A DNA stretch of 63,804 bases, filler included, from an uncultured bacterium (GCA_964448115.1; 3 parts of 3 records of this genome joined end to end with filler, not necessarily neighbours in it); one strand, 5' to 3'. Positions 30,042-40,900 are shown, numbered from the whole stretch's first letter. Numbers and translations: made by a program. Notes: a model not told the origin generated them from the sequence alone.

Positions 30042-30303
30042 GGCTGCTCCTTTATCTTTTCCATTGCATTAAATACTAGCTAATTATCAATAAAGGATCA
30101 AAGGTTGATTAAAAAAAGGAAAACTTGGACTCAAGTGGCATATCCGTGCTTGTTTTCCATATCTAAAAACCAGGATAAATCAATTACAGAAGTAATCGGT
30201 AAGAACCTATAAAACTGATATCTTGAAGTAATTGACCGGGTGTATTAAGATCTGGTGATGTACCGTGTTGTGGAAAAATACTAAAAGAAAAGGAGTATAA
30301 CTT

Positions 30304-31062
30304 ATGAGAAGGTTGATCATCCATGTAGCGGTCATCGCTATATTCGCAATTCTAGTCGGTGCTGCTCATGCCGAGGTCAAGGCGATCAAGATGAAGGTCG
30401 GCTGGGAGACCATCATGGACAAAAAAGTGCTCGGACAACGAGAGAGCATCGCCTATATTGCAAAGGATATGGCTGTCCTTGAGGATGAAAACGGCATGGT
30501 TAAAAACATCATTCGCAGCGATGAAAAGAAGATGTATCGCCTTAACATGAACGATAAGACCTACCGCGAGCTGCCCTATCGGGATATGGCTCAAAGCCCC
30601 AAAGCGAAGAGAAGATTCATAGTTACCCAAGACAAAGAGACAAAAAAGATCGGTCAGTATAACGCAAAGAAATATACCCTTAAACCGGCTTCGGACATAG
30701 AGACCTTCTATGTGGAGTTCTGGGTTACAGACAAGATCAAGCTCCCCTTTGGAGTGGAGAATATATTGCTTGCCAATATGAGCCTGCGCCATTTCCAGGA
30801 CTACCTGCTCCAGGACATGAAAGGCGCCTTCCCTTTGGAGATAAGAACCGTCTCCAAGATAAGGCACGATGTGATTCGAGTACACCGCTTCTATGACATC
30901 GAGCAGATCGAGATCGAACCCGCAATCTTCGAGATACCTAAAGACTTCACCAAAAAAGAGATACCCAGGGTAGATAAAGTTATGGGCAAGGATGTCAAGG
31001 AGATGATGAACCAGCCCAAGGCACCCGAATCCGAACAGCCGGCGGCAGCCAAAGAGAAATAG
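30304..31062 (+). CDS. Exported DUF4412-like protein
   Basis: Signal peptide ending AHA; KKIGQYNAKKY, FWVT, FEIPKDF; AGGAG RBS. Confidence 0.7.
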   Translation: MRRLIIHVAVIAIFAILVGAAHAEVKAIKMKVGWETIMDKKVLGQRESIAYIAKDMAVLEDENGMVKNIIRSDEKKMYRLNMNDKTYRELPYRDMAQSPKAKRRFIVTQDKETKKIGQYNAKKYTLKPASDIETFYVEFWVTDKIKLPFGVENILLANMSLRHFQDYLLQDMKGAFPLEIRTVSKIRHDVIRVHRFYDIEQIEIEPAIFEIPKDFTKKEIPRVDKVMGKDVKEMMNQPKAPESEQPAAAKEK

Positions 31063-31081
31063 GCTTTCGCTGGGGAATAAA

Positions 31082-31459
31082 ATGACCCCCTGCATCGGTT
31101 GCGATCTTATCGAGGTGGATAGGATGCGGCGCGTGGCTATCGAAAATCCACGCGTCCTGGAGAGGATCTTTACGCCAAGAGAGCTGGCATATTGCCGGGG
31201 CAGGAGAAGATATGAAAGCCTTGCCGGGCGATTCTGCATCAAGGAGGCGGTGATGAAGCTGCTCGGACACGGCTTCGGAAGGATATCGTATCTCGACATA
31301 GAAACCTGCAACGATGATCAAGGAGCACCTTTTGTCTCCCTTCATTCCTCAGCAGCAGATCATGCAAAAGAGCGCGGCATAGATGATATCGCAATATCGA
31401 TAAGCCATAGCGCAGCAATGGCAATGGCAGTGGCTGTAGCCGTAAGGGGTAAGGCGTGA
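31082..31459 (+). CDS. acpS: Holo-[acyl-carrier-protein] synthase
   Basis: IGCDLIEV, RIFTPRE, GRFCIKEA, ISISH. Confidence 0.93.
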   Translation: MTPCIGCDLIEVDRMRRVAIENPRVLERIFTPRELAYCRGRRRYESLAGRFCIKEAVMKLLGHGFGRISYLDIETCNDDQGAPFVSLHSSAADHAKERGIDDIAISISHSAAMAMAVAVAVRGKA

Positions 31460-31518
31460 GGGGCTTTTAACCGCAAAGCATGTCCCCGCCAAGGCTGGGG
31501 AATACTAAGGCGCAAAGA

Positions 31519-31980
31519 ATGGATGCAATTGATCGAAGGCTGCTGGATATCCTGCAGCATGAATTTCCGCTGGTCAGCCGCCCTTATCAACGCATTGGTG
31601 AACAGGTCGGCATCAGCGAGCAAGAAACCATCGACCGCATAAAAAGCCTTTTCGAGCGCAACCTGGTGCGAAAACTCGGAGCATTCATCGCACCGTTCAA
31701 GATCGGCTACAAGAGCACCCTTATCGCCATGAGAGTCCCTGAAGAGAGCATCGATGATCTTCCCGAATTCTTCGAGAATCTGCGCGGGATTACCCATGTT
31801 TATCAGCGAGACCATAGGTTTAATGTCTGGTTTACCTTCATATATAAGAGTGAAAGCCAGCTTCATAGGCTCTTGGATTCAATAGAGAAAGAATTCGGCA
31901 TCTCTGATATACTGAACCTCCCTCAATTGAACCGCTTCAAGGTCGATGCCAGGTTCGATATACAGAATAATGATGATTAG
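31519..31980 (+). CDS. ahbA: Siroheme decarboxylase alpha subunit (AhbA/NirD-like)
   Basis: Lrp/AsnC-like FPLVSRPY, GYKSTLIAM, THVYQR, FNVWFT. Confidence 0.85.
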   Translation: MDAIDRRLLDILQHEFPLVSRPYQRIGEQVGISEQETIDRIKSLFERNLVRKLGAFIAPFKIGYKSTLIAMRVPEESIDDLPEFFENLRGITHVYQRDHRFNVWFTFIYKSESQLHRLLDSIEKEFGISDILNLPQLNRFKVDARFDIQNNDD

Positions 31981-32455
31981 AGAAATGAACCAAGTCAACG
32001 ATCTACAATTAGAAATCCTTAGGCAGGTGCATGATAACATACCTTTATGTCCCAAGCCCTTCGAGGCGATCGCTCGAAAACTAGGCATTGATGAACAAAA
32101 AGTGCTCGATGAGCTTGCTAAGATGCTTCAAGATGGGATCATACGCAGGTTTGGCGCGGTGATCAGGCACTACAATGTCGGCTATTCGACCAATGCAATG
32201 GTGGTCTGGGATGTGCCTGATGACAAGGTTGCTAAGATAGGAAACCGCCTTAAGGGCTACAAGCGCATCACCCACTGCTACCAGAGGGTGAGCACCCCCG
32301 AATTCCCCTACTCGCTTTATACGATGATTCATGCGAACGATGAAAGGGAGCTTGCAGCGTTTATTGAAAAACTAAAAGGGATCATCGGCGACCACCCCCA
32401 TTTCATCCTGCGAACGGTGAGGGAGCTTAAAAAATCGAGCTTCCAGGTTTACTAG
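31970..32455 (+). CDS. ahbB: Siroheme decarboxylase beta subunit (AhbB/NirH-like)
   Basis: NAMVVW, THCYQR, YSLYTMIH, ELKKSS; start approximate. Confidence 0.87.
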   Translation: MMIREMNQVNDLQLEILRQVHDNIPLCPKPFEAIARKLGIDEQKVLDELAKMLQDGIIRRFGAVIRHYNVGYSTNAMVVWDVPDDKVAKIGNRLKGYKRITHCYQRVSTPEFPYSLYTMIHANDERELAAFIEKLKGIIGDHPHFILRTVRELKKSSFQVY

Positions 32456-32504
32456 CGGCGAGCAATTATATATACTTAACTTGACTTGGAATCAGGAGGA
32501 TTCG

Positions 32505-32810
32505 TTGAATAAGGATACTGGAAAGCTCACCAGGAAGATGATCTCACAGGCGCTCTATGAAAAACACGGTGGCTTCACTCGTGAAGAAGCCCATCGGGTT
32601 ACCAACCTCGTGCTTGAATTGATCGCAGATGAGCTTATATCGGGAAACGAGGTCAGGCTGGTGAACTTCGGCGTCTTCAAGGTCTTTGAGAACAAACCGA
32701 GAGTTATTGTGCACCCGGCTAGTGGAGAAATTGTGCCACTGAAAAGGAGGCTGACGGTCAGATTTACTCCCAGTCAAACATTACTAAAGAAAATAAATCG
32801 AAAACCATGA
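32505..32810 (+). CDS. IHF/HU family DNA-binding protein (IhfA position)
   Basis: VRLVNFGVF, HPASGE, FTPSQTL; TTG start after AGGAGG; ihfA-merR-tRNAPro gene order. Confidence 0.85.
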   Translation: MNKDTGKLTRKMISQALYEKHGGFTREEAHRVTNLVLELIADELISGNEVRLVNFGVFKVFENKPRVIVHPASGEIVPLKRRLTVRFTPSQTLLKKINRKP

Positions 32811-33166
32811 CCGAGATACCAGACAAGCTATATTTTAAGATCGGCGAGGTCTGTAAAATACTTGGTGTAAAGCCGCATACCCTGCGCTTCTGGGAGCATG
32901 AAATCGAGGCAATCAAGCCGAAAAAGAGCCAGGCAGGGCATCGGCTTTACTCCAGGGAGGAACTCCAGAAGTTGATCAAAATAAAACAGCTCCGATACGA
33001 GAAGAAGCTACAGGTAAGCGGAGTGAACCAACAGCTCATGCAAGAGAAAAAAGGTAGAATAAATGTTGAGGCGGTCGATGATGCACCGATTATTAGCGAT
33101 GAGACAAAAGCAAAACTAAGGGACATCCGCAATCGACTACTTGAAATTGCAAAGAAGTTGAAGTAA
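32807..33166 (+). CDS. MerR-family transcriptional regulator
   Basis: PDKLYFKIGEV, HTLRFWE, GHRLY. Confidence 0.9.
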   Translation: MTEIPDKLYFKIGEVCKILGVKPHTLRFWEHEIEAIKPKKSQAGHRLYSREELQKLIKIKQLRYEKKLQVSGVNQQLMQEKKGRINVEAVDDAPIISDETKAKLRDIRNRLLEIAKKLK

Positions 33167-33240
33167 TATTAACCTGTTGAGGCAAGGGATCCTAGGGGCT
33201 CTTCCGGTAAGATCGGGAAAAGCCCCAAGTCTTGTATTTT

Positions 33241-33314
33241 CGGGGCGTGGCGCAGTCTGGAAGCGCACTCGGATGGGGTCCGAGTGGTCGCTGGTTCGAA
33301 TCCAGTCGCCCCGA
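33241..33314 (+). tRNA. tRNA-Pro (GGG)
   Basis: Acceptor CGGGGCG/CGCCCCG, anticodon GGG, GTTCGAA T-loop. Confidence 0.95.
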
Positions 33315-33319
33315 CTTTT

Positions 33320-34450
33320 TTATGTAACCATCCCCTCAAGAATCGCTAGCGTCTCTTTTGCGCAGCGATGCCAGCTAAAAGCCTTTGCTCGAAGCAGGCT
33401 CTTGCCCTCCAGTTCGCCCCTCAGATCGGCATTGGTGGACAGCTCGTACAACCTATCAGCCATATCATCAGGGGATGTGGGATCGAAATAGAGCGCAGCG
33501 TCTCCGAGCACCTCCGGCAGCGAGCTGCGATCGCTGGCTGCAACAGCCTTGCCACAAGCCATAGCCTCCAACGGCGGCAAGCCGAAACCCTCGTAGAACG
33601 ATGGAAACACGAAGAACAATGCGCCGTTGTGCAGGGCGATGAGATCCGATCGCGAAACATATCCGGTCATAAGTATATGCTCCTTCAAGCCAGAGTCGTA
33701 GATCTGCTTGACCAATCCCTCCATCATCCAGCCGAGCTTGCCAGCCAGAACCAGCCGAATTGATGCCTTGCATCGAACGCGCAGGATATCGTAAGCCTTG
33801 ACCAGGTTCTCTATATTCTTGCGCGGCTCCATGTTGGTCGCACAGAGGATATAATCACCGCTTACTTCGTACTTTTCGAGCACCGGCTTCACTATCTCTT
33901 CGGGAAGCTGCCTGAAGTCATCGCTGATGGCTAGATGCACGGCATGTACCCGTTGGGGCTTTATGTTGAAGCGCTGCAATATTTCGCCTCGTATGAACTC
34001 CGAGTCGGTGATGATAGCCTTTGCCTTGGCGATGGAGAGCCTGGTTATTAGGCGCATGTAGCTGTTGTACCTGATGGTGTTGGTTCTCGGCTTCAAGTAG
34101 TGCGCCAGGTCGTGGATGGTAACCGCCATGCCGTGCCTGGCGCGGTCGATGATCGGCAGGTGGTAAGCTGGGTCGAGGAAGCAGTCCACACCCTGCCTTG
34201 ACAGGATTCCAGGTAATTTAAGATTCTTCCAGGGATCTGAGCGTAGGTGCTCCTCAATATCATGCTTGACCTCGATTATCTCGAAATTATCTCCGATAGA
34301 GGCTAGATGCTTTATCCCCTGCGGATTGATAAAAAGCAGGTATTCATTGCTGGCATCGATCTTAGCCAGTCCTTTGACCAGGTTCAGCGTGTATGAGCCA
34401 AGTCCGGCAAATTCGCCGCTTATTCGCCTGCAATCGATGGCTATCTTCAT
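33320..34450 (-). CDS. Glycosyltransferase family 4
   Basis: VTIHDL, EPRKN, PSFYEGFGLPPLEAM. Confidence 0.92.
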   Translation of the reverse strand: MKIAIDCRRISGEFAGLGSYTLNLVKGLAKIDASNEYLLFINPQGIKHLASIGDNFEIIEVKHDIEEHLRSDPWKNLKLPGILSRQGVDCFLDPAYHLPIIDRARHGMAVTIHDLAHYLKPRTNTIRYNSYMRLITRLSIAKAKAIITDSEFIRGEILQRFNIKPQRVHAVHLAISDDFRQLPEEIVKPVLEKYEVSGDYILCATNMEPRKNIENLVKAYDILRVRCKASIRLVLAGKLGWMMEGLVKQIYDSGLKEHILMTGYVSRSDLIALHNGALFFVFPSFYEGFGLPPLEAMACGKAVAASDRSSLPEVLGDAALYFDPTSPDDMADRLYELSTNADLRGELEGKSLLRAKAFSWHRCAKETLAILEGMVT

Positions 34451-35157
34451 TCCAGCATCTCCCTTCTGAAGCGCATCTTGAACAGGTAGGTAATGTTTAT
34501 CCATCCATCCTTCCATAATGAGAGCTTGCTCTTACCGATACGCTCTATGTACTTGAACTGTATGGGCACCTCGCGGGCGGCGATGTTGGGGTGGCGGAAG
34601 GCTTTTATCTTGAACTCCTCGGAGAAGGGCATCCCCTCGCTCTTTACCTCGATAAGGTCGAGTATCTTGCGCCTGAAGATCCACATGCCGGACTGCGAGT
34701 CGCGAAGCCTTACGAAAAACAGCATCCATACCAGTATGGTCAGCCCGATGTTGCCGAAGTAGCGCAGCAAGTTCTCCTTTGACTTGGAAAAGTCGATCGG
34801 AAGCCGAGCAGCGGAGATGAAGTCGAGCTTATCATCGTAAAGCACATCGAGCAGGTAATTTATGGCGATGCGCGGGTATGTGCCATCGCCGTCCATGGTA
34901 ACGATCACATCGCCAGTGGCGGCTGCGAAGCCAGCCTTGTAGGCTGCACCATAGCCCTGCTTGCGCTCGGTGATAACCCTTGCTCCCATCTCGGATGCAA
35001 CTTGTGCGGTATTGTCGGTCGAGTTGTTATCGACCACGATTATCTCGTCGATGCTGTCCGGGATGGTTGACAGGGTAACCTGTATCCCTTTCTCCTCGTT
35101 ATAGCAGGGTATGACCAGCGATATTTTCCCTAGCTTATGCACCTGGTACTGATCCAA
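34447..35157 (-). CDS. Glycosyltransferase family 2 (polyprenol-phosphate glycosyltransferase-like)
   Basis: IPCYNEE, VVDNNSTD, MDGDG, DSQSG. Confidence 0.92.
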   Translation of the reverse strand: MDQYQVHKLGKISLVIPCYNEEKGIQVTLSTIPDSIDEIIVVDNNSTDNTAQVASEMGARVITERKQGYGAAYKAGFAAATGDVIVTMDGDGTYPRIAINYLLDVLYDDKLDFISAARLPIDFSKSKENLLRYFGNIGLTILVWMLFFVRLRDSQSGMWIFRRKILDLIEVKSEGMPFSEEFKIKAFRHPNIAAREVPIQFKYIERIGKSKLSLWKDGWINITYLFKMRFRREMLE

Positions 35158-35197
35158 TTCTCAATTCTTATATCATTCCCATTTCTAATGCAAGAAA

Positions 35198-35289
35198 TAC
35201 CATGATACCGTGATAATGTGATAGAGTTTTTTAACCACAATGCCACAAAGGCACCAAGAAAGATTCCTTTCCTTGCGTCTTTGCGTGAT
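35198..35289. repeat. 8-nt-period repeat block (GTGATA-type and ACGCAAAG-type units)
   Basis: CATGATACCGTGATAATGTGATA, CCACAAAGGCACCAAG, CCTTGCGTCTTTGCGTGAT. Confidence 0.7.
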
Positions 35290-35330
35290 CTTCCTTCCTT
35301 TCCTCCTTCAAGCCTCACGCATCAAGCCTA

Positions 35331-36746
35331 TCATATCCAGGTCAAAAAGTCCTTGAACATGCTGGCGACCAGTGATATGTCCCTCGCCGACCTGATGCGC
35401 TTGAGCGTCTTGTAGAACATACGCGGTCGGAAATAAAATCGCCTGTATAGCTTGCTTCGAAGCTCCATTATGCGTTCGGAGCTGAGCTGCTCGGTCTCGA
35501 AGACCGAGAAGTTCTGCTCGTAGAATGTCCAGTCGCGGTTGTTGATCAGACCACCTTCTCTGGCAGTCTCGTAAAGCTCGGAGCCGGGGAATGGCACCGC
35601 GCAGTAGAACTGGGCGAAGTCGAGGTCAAGCTCGATAGCAAACCGCAGCGTCTGCCAGATCTCCTGCTCGGTCTCCCCTGGGTAGCCGATCACGCAGTGC
35701 CCGGTTACCTCCAAGCCGGCTTGCTTGGTCCATTTCACCGCCTGCCGTGCATCATCCAAGGTGGTCTTCTTGTTCATCAGCTCCAGCACCCGCTGGCTCC
35801 CGCTCTCGATGCCGTACCCGACCATCCAGCAGCCAGCCTGTTTGAATTTGCCGAGCATCCTCGGATTCACATTATCGACCCGGCTGTTGCAGACCCAATG
35901 AACATCGAGCTTGCGAGCGATAATCTCATCGGCGACCGCCTCGGCGAAGCGCTGGTTTATGGTGAAACTCTCCGACCAGAACAAAAAGTGGTTGATATTA
36001 AAGCTCCTTATCGCCCACTCCATCTCATCGGCGATGCTTGACGGGCTGCGCAGGTTCAGCTTGTGTCCATAATATGTCGTATCAGCGCAGAAGTTGCACC
36101 TGTAGGGGCATCCCCTGCCGGTGGCGATGAGAAGAAACCTCTTGCCCAAAAATGGCATGATGTACTTGTCGTGCTCGATCAGGTCATAGGCGGGAAAGGG
36201 GAGGTCATCGAGGTTGCGCAGCGGCTCTCGCGGCGGGTTGTGCATTGGCTTGCCGTTTTGCAGGTAGCTGATCCCCTTGATGTTGGCGATCGGCTTGTTA
36301 TGCTCAATAGCCTCGGCAAGCTCCAGCGCGGTCATCTCCGGCTCCCCGCGGATTAGATAATCGATGCTGCCATCCATGCTCAACACATCTTCGGGGAGCG
36401 CGGTTACATGGATGCCGATAAAGGCGGTCTTGATGTCGGGGAGCGCCTCCTTGAGAACCCGGTTGGTCTTGATGTCGCTAGCAATAGATGGGGTTGCTGT
36501 GTTGATTATGGCAAGATCAGGCTTGAATTCGAGTGCCTTGCTTTTTAGCATCTCGAAATCGATCTCCTCAACGATACAATCTGATAGCGCGACCTGGTGC
36601 CCCGCCTTTCGCAGCACCGATGCGCAGTATGCTAGCGAGACCGGCGTCCAGACCGCAGTCCAGGCGCCCTTGCGCTGCATACAGCGCCCCTCGCGCACGA
36701 TCTTGACCCCCTCATAGGCGGGGGGATTTATCATGTAAACTCTCAT
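35331..36746 (-). CDS. Cobalamin-binding radical SAM protein (HpnJ/BchE-like group)
   Basis: REGRC, GIHVT, RGEPE, GRGCPYRCNFC, GIESGS. Confidence 0.92.
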   Translation of the reverse strand: MRVYMINPPAYEGVKIVREGRCMQRKGAWTAVWTPVSLAYCASVLRKAGHQVALSDCIVEEIDFEMLKSKALEFKPDLAIINTATPSIASDIKTNRVLKEALPDIKTAFIGIHVTALPEDVLSMDGSIDYLIRGEPEMTALELAEAIEHNKPIANIKGISYLQNGKPMHNPPREPLRNLDDLPFPAYDLIEHDKYIMPFLGKRFLLIATGRGCPYRCNFCADTTYYGHKLNLRSPSSIADEMEWAIRSFNINHFLFWSESFTINQRFAEAVADEIIARKLDVHWVCNSRVDNVNPRMLGKFKQAGCWMVGYGIESGSQRVLELMNKKTTLDDARQAVKWTKQAGLEVTGHCVIGYPGETEQEIWQTLRFAIELDLDFAQFYCAVPFPGSELYETAREGGLINNRDWTFYEQNFSVFETEQLSSERIMELRSKLYRRFYFRPRMFYKTLKRIRSARDISLVASMFKDFLTWI

Positions 36747-36766
36747 GGCAAGGCAGATTCAATGTC

Positions 36767-36946
36767 ATCACGCAAGGACGCAAGGAAAAAGGTTTCACGC
36801 AAAGACGCAAAGACGCAAAGGATGCAAGAGAAAGAGGTCTCACGCAAAGACGCAAGGACACAAAGTACGCAAAGATTTTCAGATGTCGAATAAGTCATAT
36901 CCAACAGTATCCTTTTCGTATCACGATATCACGGTACCACGATACC
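36767..36946. repeat. Tandem ACGCAAAG octamers followed by a TATCAC-type block, inverted relative to 35198-35289
   Basis: CACGCAAAGACGCAAAGACGCAAAG...; TATCACGATATCACGGTACCACGATACC. Confidence 0.8.
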
Positions 36947-36951
36947 ACCTT

Positions 36952-37644
36952 TTAACCGGAAACCATATCCACAAAAAGGCGAAAGATAAACATCAGTCCC
37001 TTGTATGTGGGGAGCTTGGAATGCCCTGATGCACGGCAGAACTCGTGGCTGGCGATCTCCTTGACCCGATACCCTTTTTTCAGCGCTTTAACCACCATCT
37101 CCTGCTCGATCTCGAAGCCGCGAGAACGCAGATCCAACGACCAGGCAGCCTCTTTTGTGATCGCCTTGAAACCGTTTAGCACATCGGTAAGCTCTGACTT
37201 GTAGCGCAGGTTTATAAGCAGGGTGATGAAGCCGGCGCCGACCATGCGCAGGTAATTGGTCAGGTTGCCGTGAATCTCGTCGCTCCCACCCAGTAGCCGT
37301 GAGCCGATGATCATGTCAGCCTCGCCCTTTATTATCGGCTCCACGAGCCGGGGGATATCGGCTGGATCATGTGAGCCATCGGAGTCGATGAGCACTATAA
37401 TATCGCCCTTGGCATCGTTGATGCCGATGATTATTGCTTCCCCTTTGCCCCGCCCGGAGTCCTGCAAGAGGGTAACTTCGGGGTAGCCGGCTGCGATCTG
37501 TGCAGTTCCGTCTGTCGATGATCCATCAACGACGATTATCTGGTCGCAGTGCGGTCTTACGCCCTCGATCACCTTTGCGATGGAGCCTGCCTCGTTCTTG
37601 GTTGGTATGACCACGCTTACCGAGTCAGCTTTTCTATTATTCAT
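36952..37644 (-). CDS. Glycosyltransferase family 2 (DPM-synthase-like)
   Basis: IPTKNE, VVDGSSTD, IDSDGSH, GSR, FEIEQE. Confidence 0.9.
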   Translation of the reverse strand: MNNRKADSVSVVIPTKNEAGSIAKVIEGVRPHCDQIIVVDGSSTDGTAQIAAGYPEVTLLQDSGRGKGEAIIIGINDAKGDIIVLIDSDGSHDPADIPRLVEPIIKGEADMIIGSRLLGGSDEIHGNLTNYLRMVGAGFITLLINLRYKSELTDVLNGFKAITKEAAWSLDLRSRGFEIEQEMVVKALKKGYRVKEIASHEFCRASGHSKLPTYKGLMFIFRLFVDMVSG

Positions 37645-37683
37645 CAATGTTCTATTATCGCTCCTTCCTTTCACCAAGCCTGG

Positions 37684-37941
37684 CTATTTCATCTTTCTTT
37701 CGATGGATCTTAAGGACCTGTTTATATCCTCCAAGGCTCTTCGTACTCCTTGCAGCTCACCGGCTATCTGTTTTTGTGAGTCGATCAGGTTGTTCACATC
37801 GAACCTGTTGAAGGCTGGATCAGATGCATCTGCTGTACGGCAGCTTTTGATGCTTATATCCAGTGCAAATGTGGCAAGGACTATGAGGGTAACCAAGAGG
37901 ATAACGGTCTTTAGCTCGTTGCTGGTTATCAATTTTTCCAT
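37684..37941 (-). CDS. Small single-TM coiled-coil hypothetical protein
   Basis: ATG 37941 after G-rich RBS; TM helix then heptad tail. Confidence 0.55.
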   Translation of the reverse strand: MEKLITSNELKTVILLVTLIVLATFALDISIKSCRTADASDPAFNRFDVNNLIDSQKQIAGELQGVRRALEDINRSLRSIERKMK

Positions 37942-37960
37942 GATGATCCCCCCTTTCGTT

Positions 37961-40900
37961 TCATTCGATCTTGAACCATGCGCCGTGTCCGTGCCTGCCC
38001 ATGGCGAGTATCCTCCCATCGCTAGCAATATCAAGAGCCATGATACCCCCGGGAAGGTTAGCCTGAAAGGGATCACGCAGGGAGCCGCCGCTCGCGTTCA
38101 TCAGTTTAGTGCCCTGCCTGGTATAGATATGGACCCTATTATCGCCCATGGCATGCAGGTAAATAAGGTTCTGGTCCGCTACCATCCTGATATCAGCGCA
38201 GTCGAGCTTCTCTACCTTTATCTGTTGGGATATCTCGCCGCTGGTATCGAGAAGATAGATGGATCCCTTTTCCCTGTCCAGGCAATATGCCTGGCGAGCT
38301 GATGCGGGGCATATAGCCGATGCCGCCAGCAACACCCTGTGGTCTAGAATCGGCTCATGGCTCCAGGATCCATCAGCCTTTCTATGATGCCAAATAATCA
38401 CCTTTCCGCCGCAGGACACCAGGTTGTCCTCATCGAGCACGGCAAGGTCTATCGGTTCGTACCCCGGCCTGGAGAAGATCACCTCGACTTTTTCGCCGGG
38501 GATTATGCGGACGATCTTGCGATTCCAGAAGTCGGGAGAATATATGCTCCCATCTGGTGCAGTATAGATGAAGAAATTCTTAGGCCAGCTTGCCGGTAGA
38601 ACCGTGCTATAGACTTCGGGCACTGGCATCTTATGCTCGATGATTCCCTGCTCGGACAACATGAGCAGCGCGATATTCACACCCTCGGCTGCGTATATTG
38701 TGCCATCTGGCGCGATGGCAAGGTCGCGTAGTTGCGGTTTGTGCTCCCAGTCATCGCCCAGGTCAACCTTGAAAGGCGCCAGTTGGTGCGCCTTAACAAC
38801 GCTTGGTTGAATGGCAACCGCCCTAAGCTCGTTATCGTAAGGCATCATCGAGTAGAGCATTGTAGCCGGCAAGCCTTCTGAATATCCAGGCGCCTGAATC
38901 TCAATAGACAAGAATGGAGGCTCATCCCCATCGGGCATTTCTCCATAGACCTCCAATCCATTTGCCCCCCAGGAGATATAAGTTCTTGTCCTGTATCCGC
39001 TGGCATCATGCCTCAGTTGCATCACAACACCGTTTACCTTCAGGACAGGATTTTTCGTGTTCGTCCTTAGCGCAACCCTGCTGTAGGATGATGGTTGATA
39101 AAAGAAGCTGCCCGACAGCCGATATGCCACTGCGGAAGCAAAGTCAGGACACAAGGTCGCCATCTCTTTTGCATCAAACCCCCCCTTGCGCACCTGGCAT
39201 GATGCTACCGGTTTTGCATCCTGCTCCCGGCTGCCAAGAAGCTCCAGATTCAAGCCCCTGATGCGCTCGATATCATCTACGGTCGCGGTGAAGCTCCTGA
39301 ATGCCTTTATCCCGTCGGTGTAGATATCCTCGACCCTTCCATTGGGGAAGTACTGCTTTAGCAGGCGCAGGTTGATATCACCATCCGGCGAATAGCCCAG
39401 GATACAAGCGATATCTTTATCCAGGAGATCAAACAAGGGGAATGTCCTGCCAAAGGAATACCGCGAAAAGGTGTTGATGCGCCCAGAACCGCCATAAGCA
39501 AAGTAGTTGACCGTCTCTATATCCGCCGCTGCCATAAGGTATATCTTGTAACTGTTATAATTATCCCTGATGAACTCGCCGATCGCGGTGCTTTGTATGG
39601 TCTGGCTCAGATGCCTCTGTTTGGATGGCTTGAGGATGTATATAATATTGTCAGCAGCGGCAGGGATGACCATAGCAGCCAAGAGCAATGTCAAAACTAT
39701 CGAAGAAGTCTTACTCTTTTCGAATAAACCAGCCAAGGAGCGAGCAACCATGAATATGCCAAGCGCAATGACGATATATACAAGCCCTTGGTGTCCCACG
39801 ATCCTACGCGGATTTGGCTCAGAGAATATGGAGGGCAACCCGAGCACAATAAACCAGCTTACCAGAAAAAAGCATTCCTCGCGTCTCAGGTTGAATACGC
39901 AGTAGGCTAGCCCCAGGATAAAGAACATGGCAAGGTACCGATTGAGCAGCGGTCCATCCCGCTTGAAGATATCCGCTGTCGGGAACATCTTTATATTATA
40001 TGTATAAGCCAGCTTGCGCAGGTTCTCGCTTATCCGCTCCTTGTAGTCCTTGTAGGCAAATACCTGCTTTGGGTTAGTCAATCCTCCAGGAAAAAAGGTG
40101 CGCTTGTGGGGGATTATAATAAGGTAAAACATCAAGGCGGCTCCGATGAAGAAAAAAGGGAGCGAGTGCCATGACCTGACAAAGTAGCGAGCATGGAAGA
40201 CCAGCTTATAGAAAAGGTGCAGAAACATTATCCCAAAGGCTACCTGAAACGGGTAAAAGGTTGTCCATCCGAAGATAACCAGCACCCCGGCTATGAAATA
40301 ATCGTAGAACCTGTTGTATCTGATGCCCCGCAGCCAAAAGAAAAGCGCTAAGGCAAGCAGCCAGGGCACATTTACCTCCAGCTCGAGGCGATCCGCCTCG
40401 ATTGAAGCCCACAAGCCGGTCGCCATCAATGCGCTGCCAAGCAATGCCAGCCTGGTGCCGAATAGAATGCGATACAGAAAATAGCTGAAGATCAATGTTA
40501 AAATGGATGCGACCATGGGAACGAACTTGATGGCTAACTTGCCGGTCCCGGCAAGCCAGATTGCAGGCAGCATCATGTACGGGGCGGTCGAGCCCCTATC
40601 ACGCACCACCGGTGTATAGCTCCATCCCCTTTCCATAAGCAGATGTGCGTTCTCGCCCAGCCAGGTCTCATCGACCCAAAGCCCCAGAGCCTGTGATTTC
40701 CAGTCCGCAACCCGAAGATAGATGCCGATGATCAGTATGATGCCGAGCAAGAAAAGCTCAATCCATCTTCGCTTAAGGCGCATATCGTATGTGTCGATGA
40801 ACGGCTTATGGATGAAAAGCAGATACGCGCAAAGGAACATTGCCGAAATGCCATAGGAGATCCAGCCCGGTGCGATCTTGCCCTGGACGAAGAGGATCTG

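Noticed and set aside
33195-33226. GC-rich hairpin between merR and tRNA-Pro
   Set aside because: Ordinary terminator or processing stem; nothing suggests a distinct RNA.
36767-36875. Possible CRISPR array
   Set aside because: Units are 8-nt tandem repeats without unique spacers, and there are no cas genes in the window.
36745-37029. 94-aa ORF with HAKTQRRK-like repeats (also 35130-35318, 35218-35415, 58252-58491)
   Set aside because: Translations of non-coding octamer repeat arrays.
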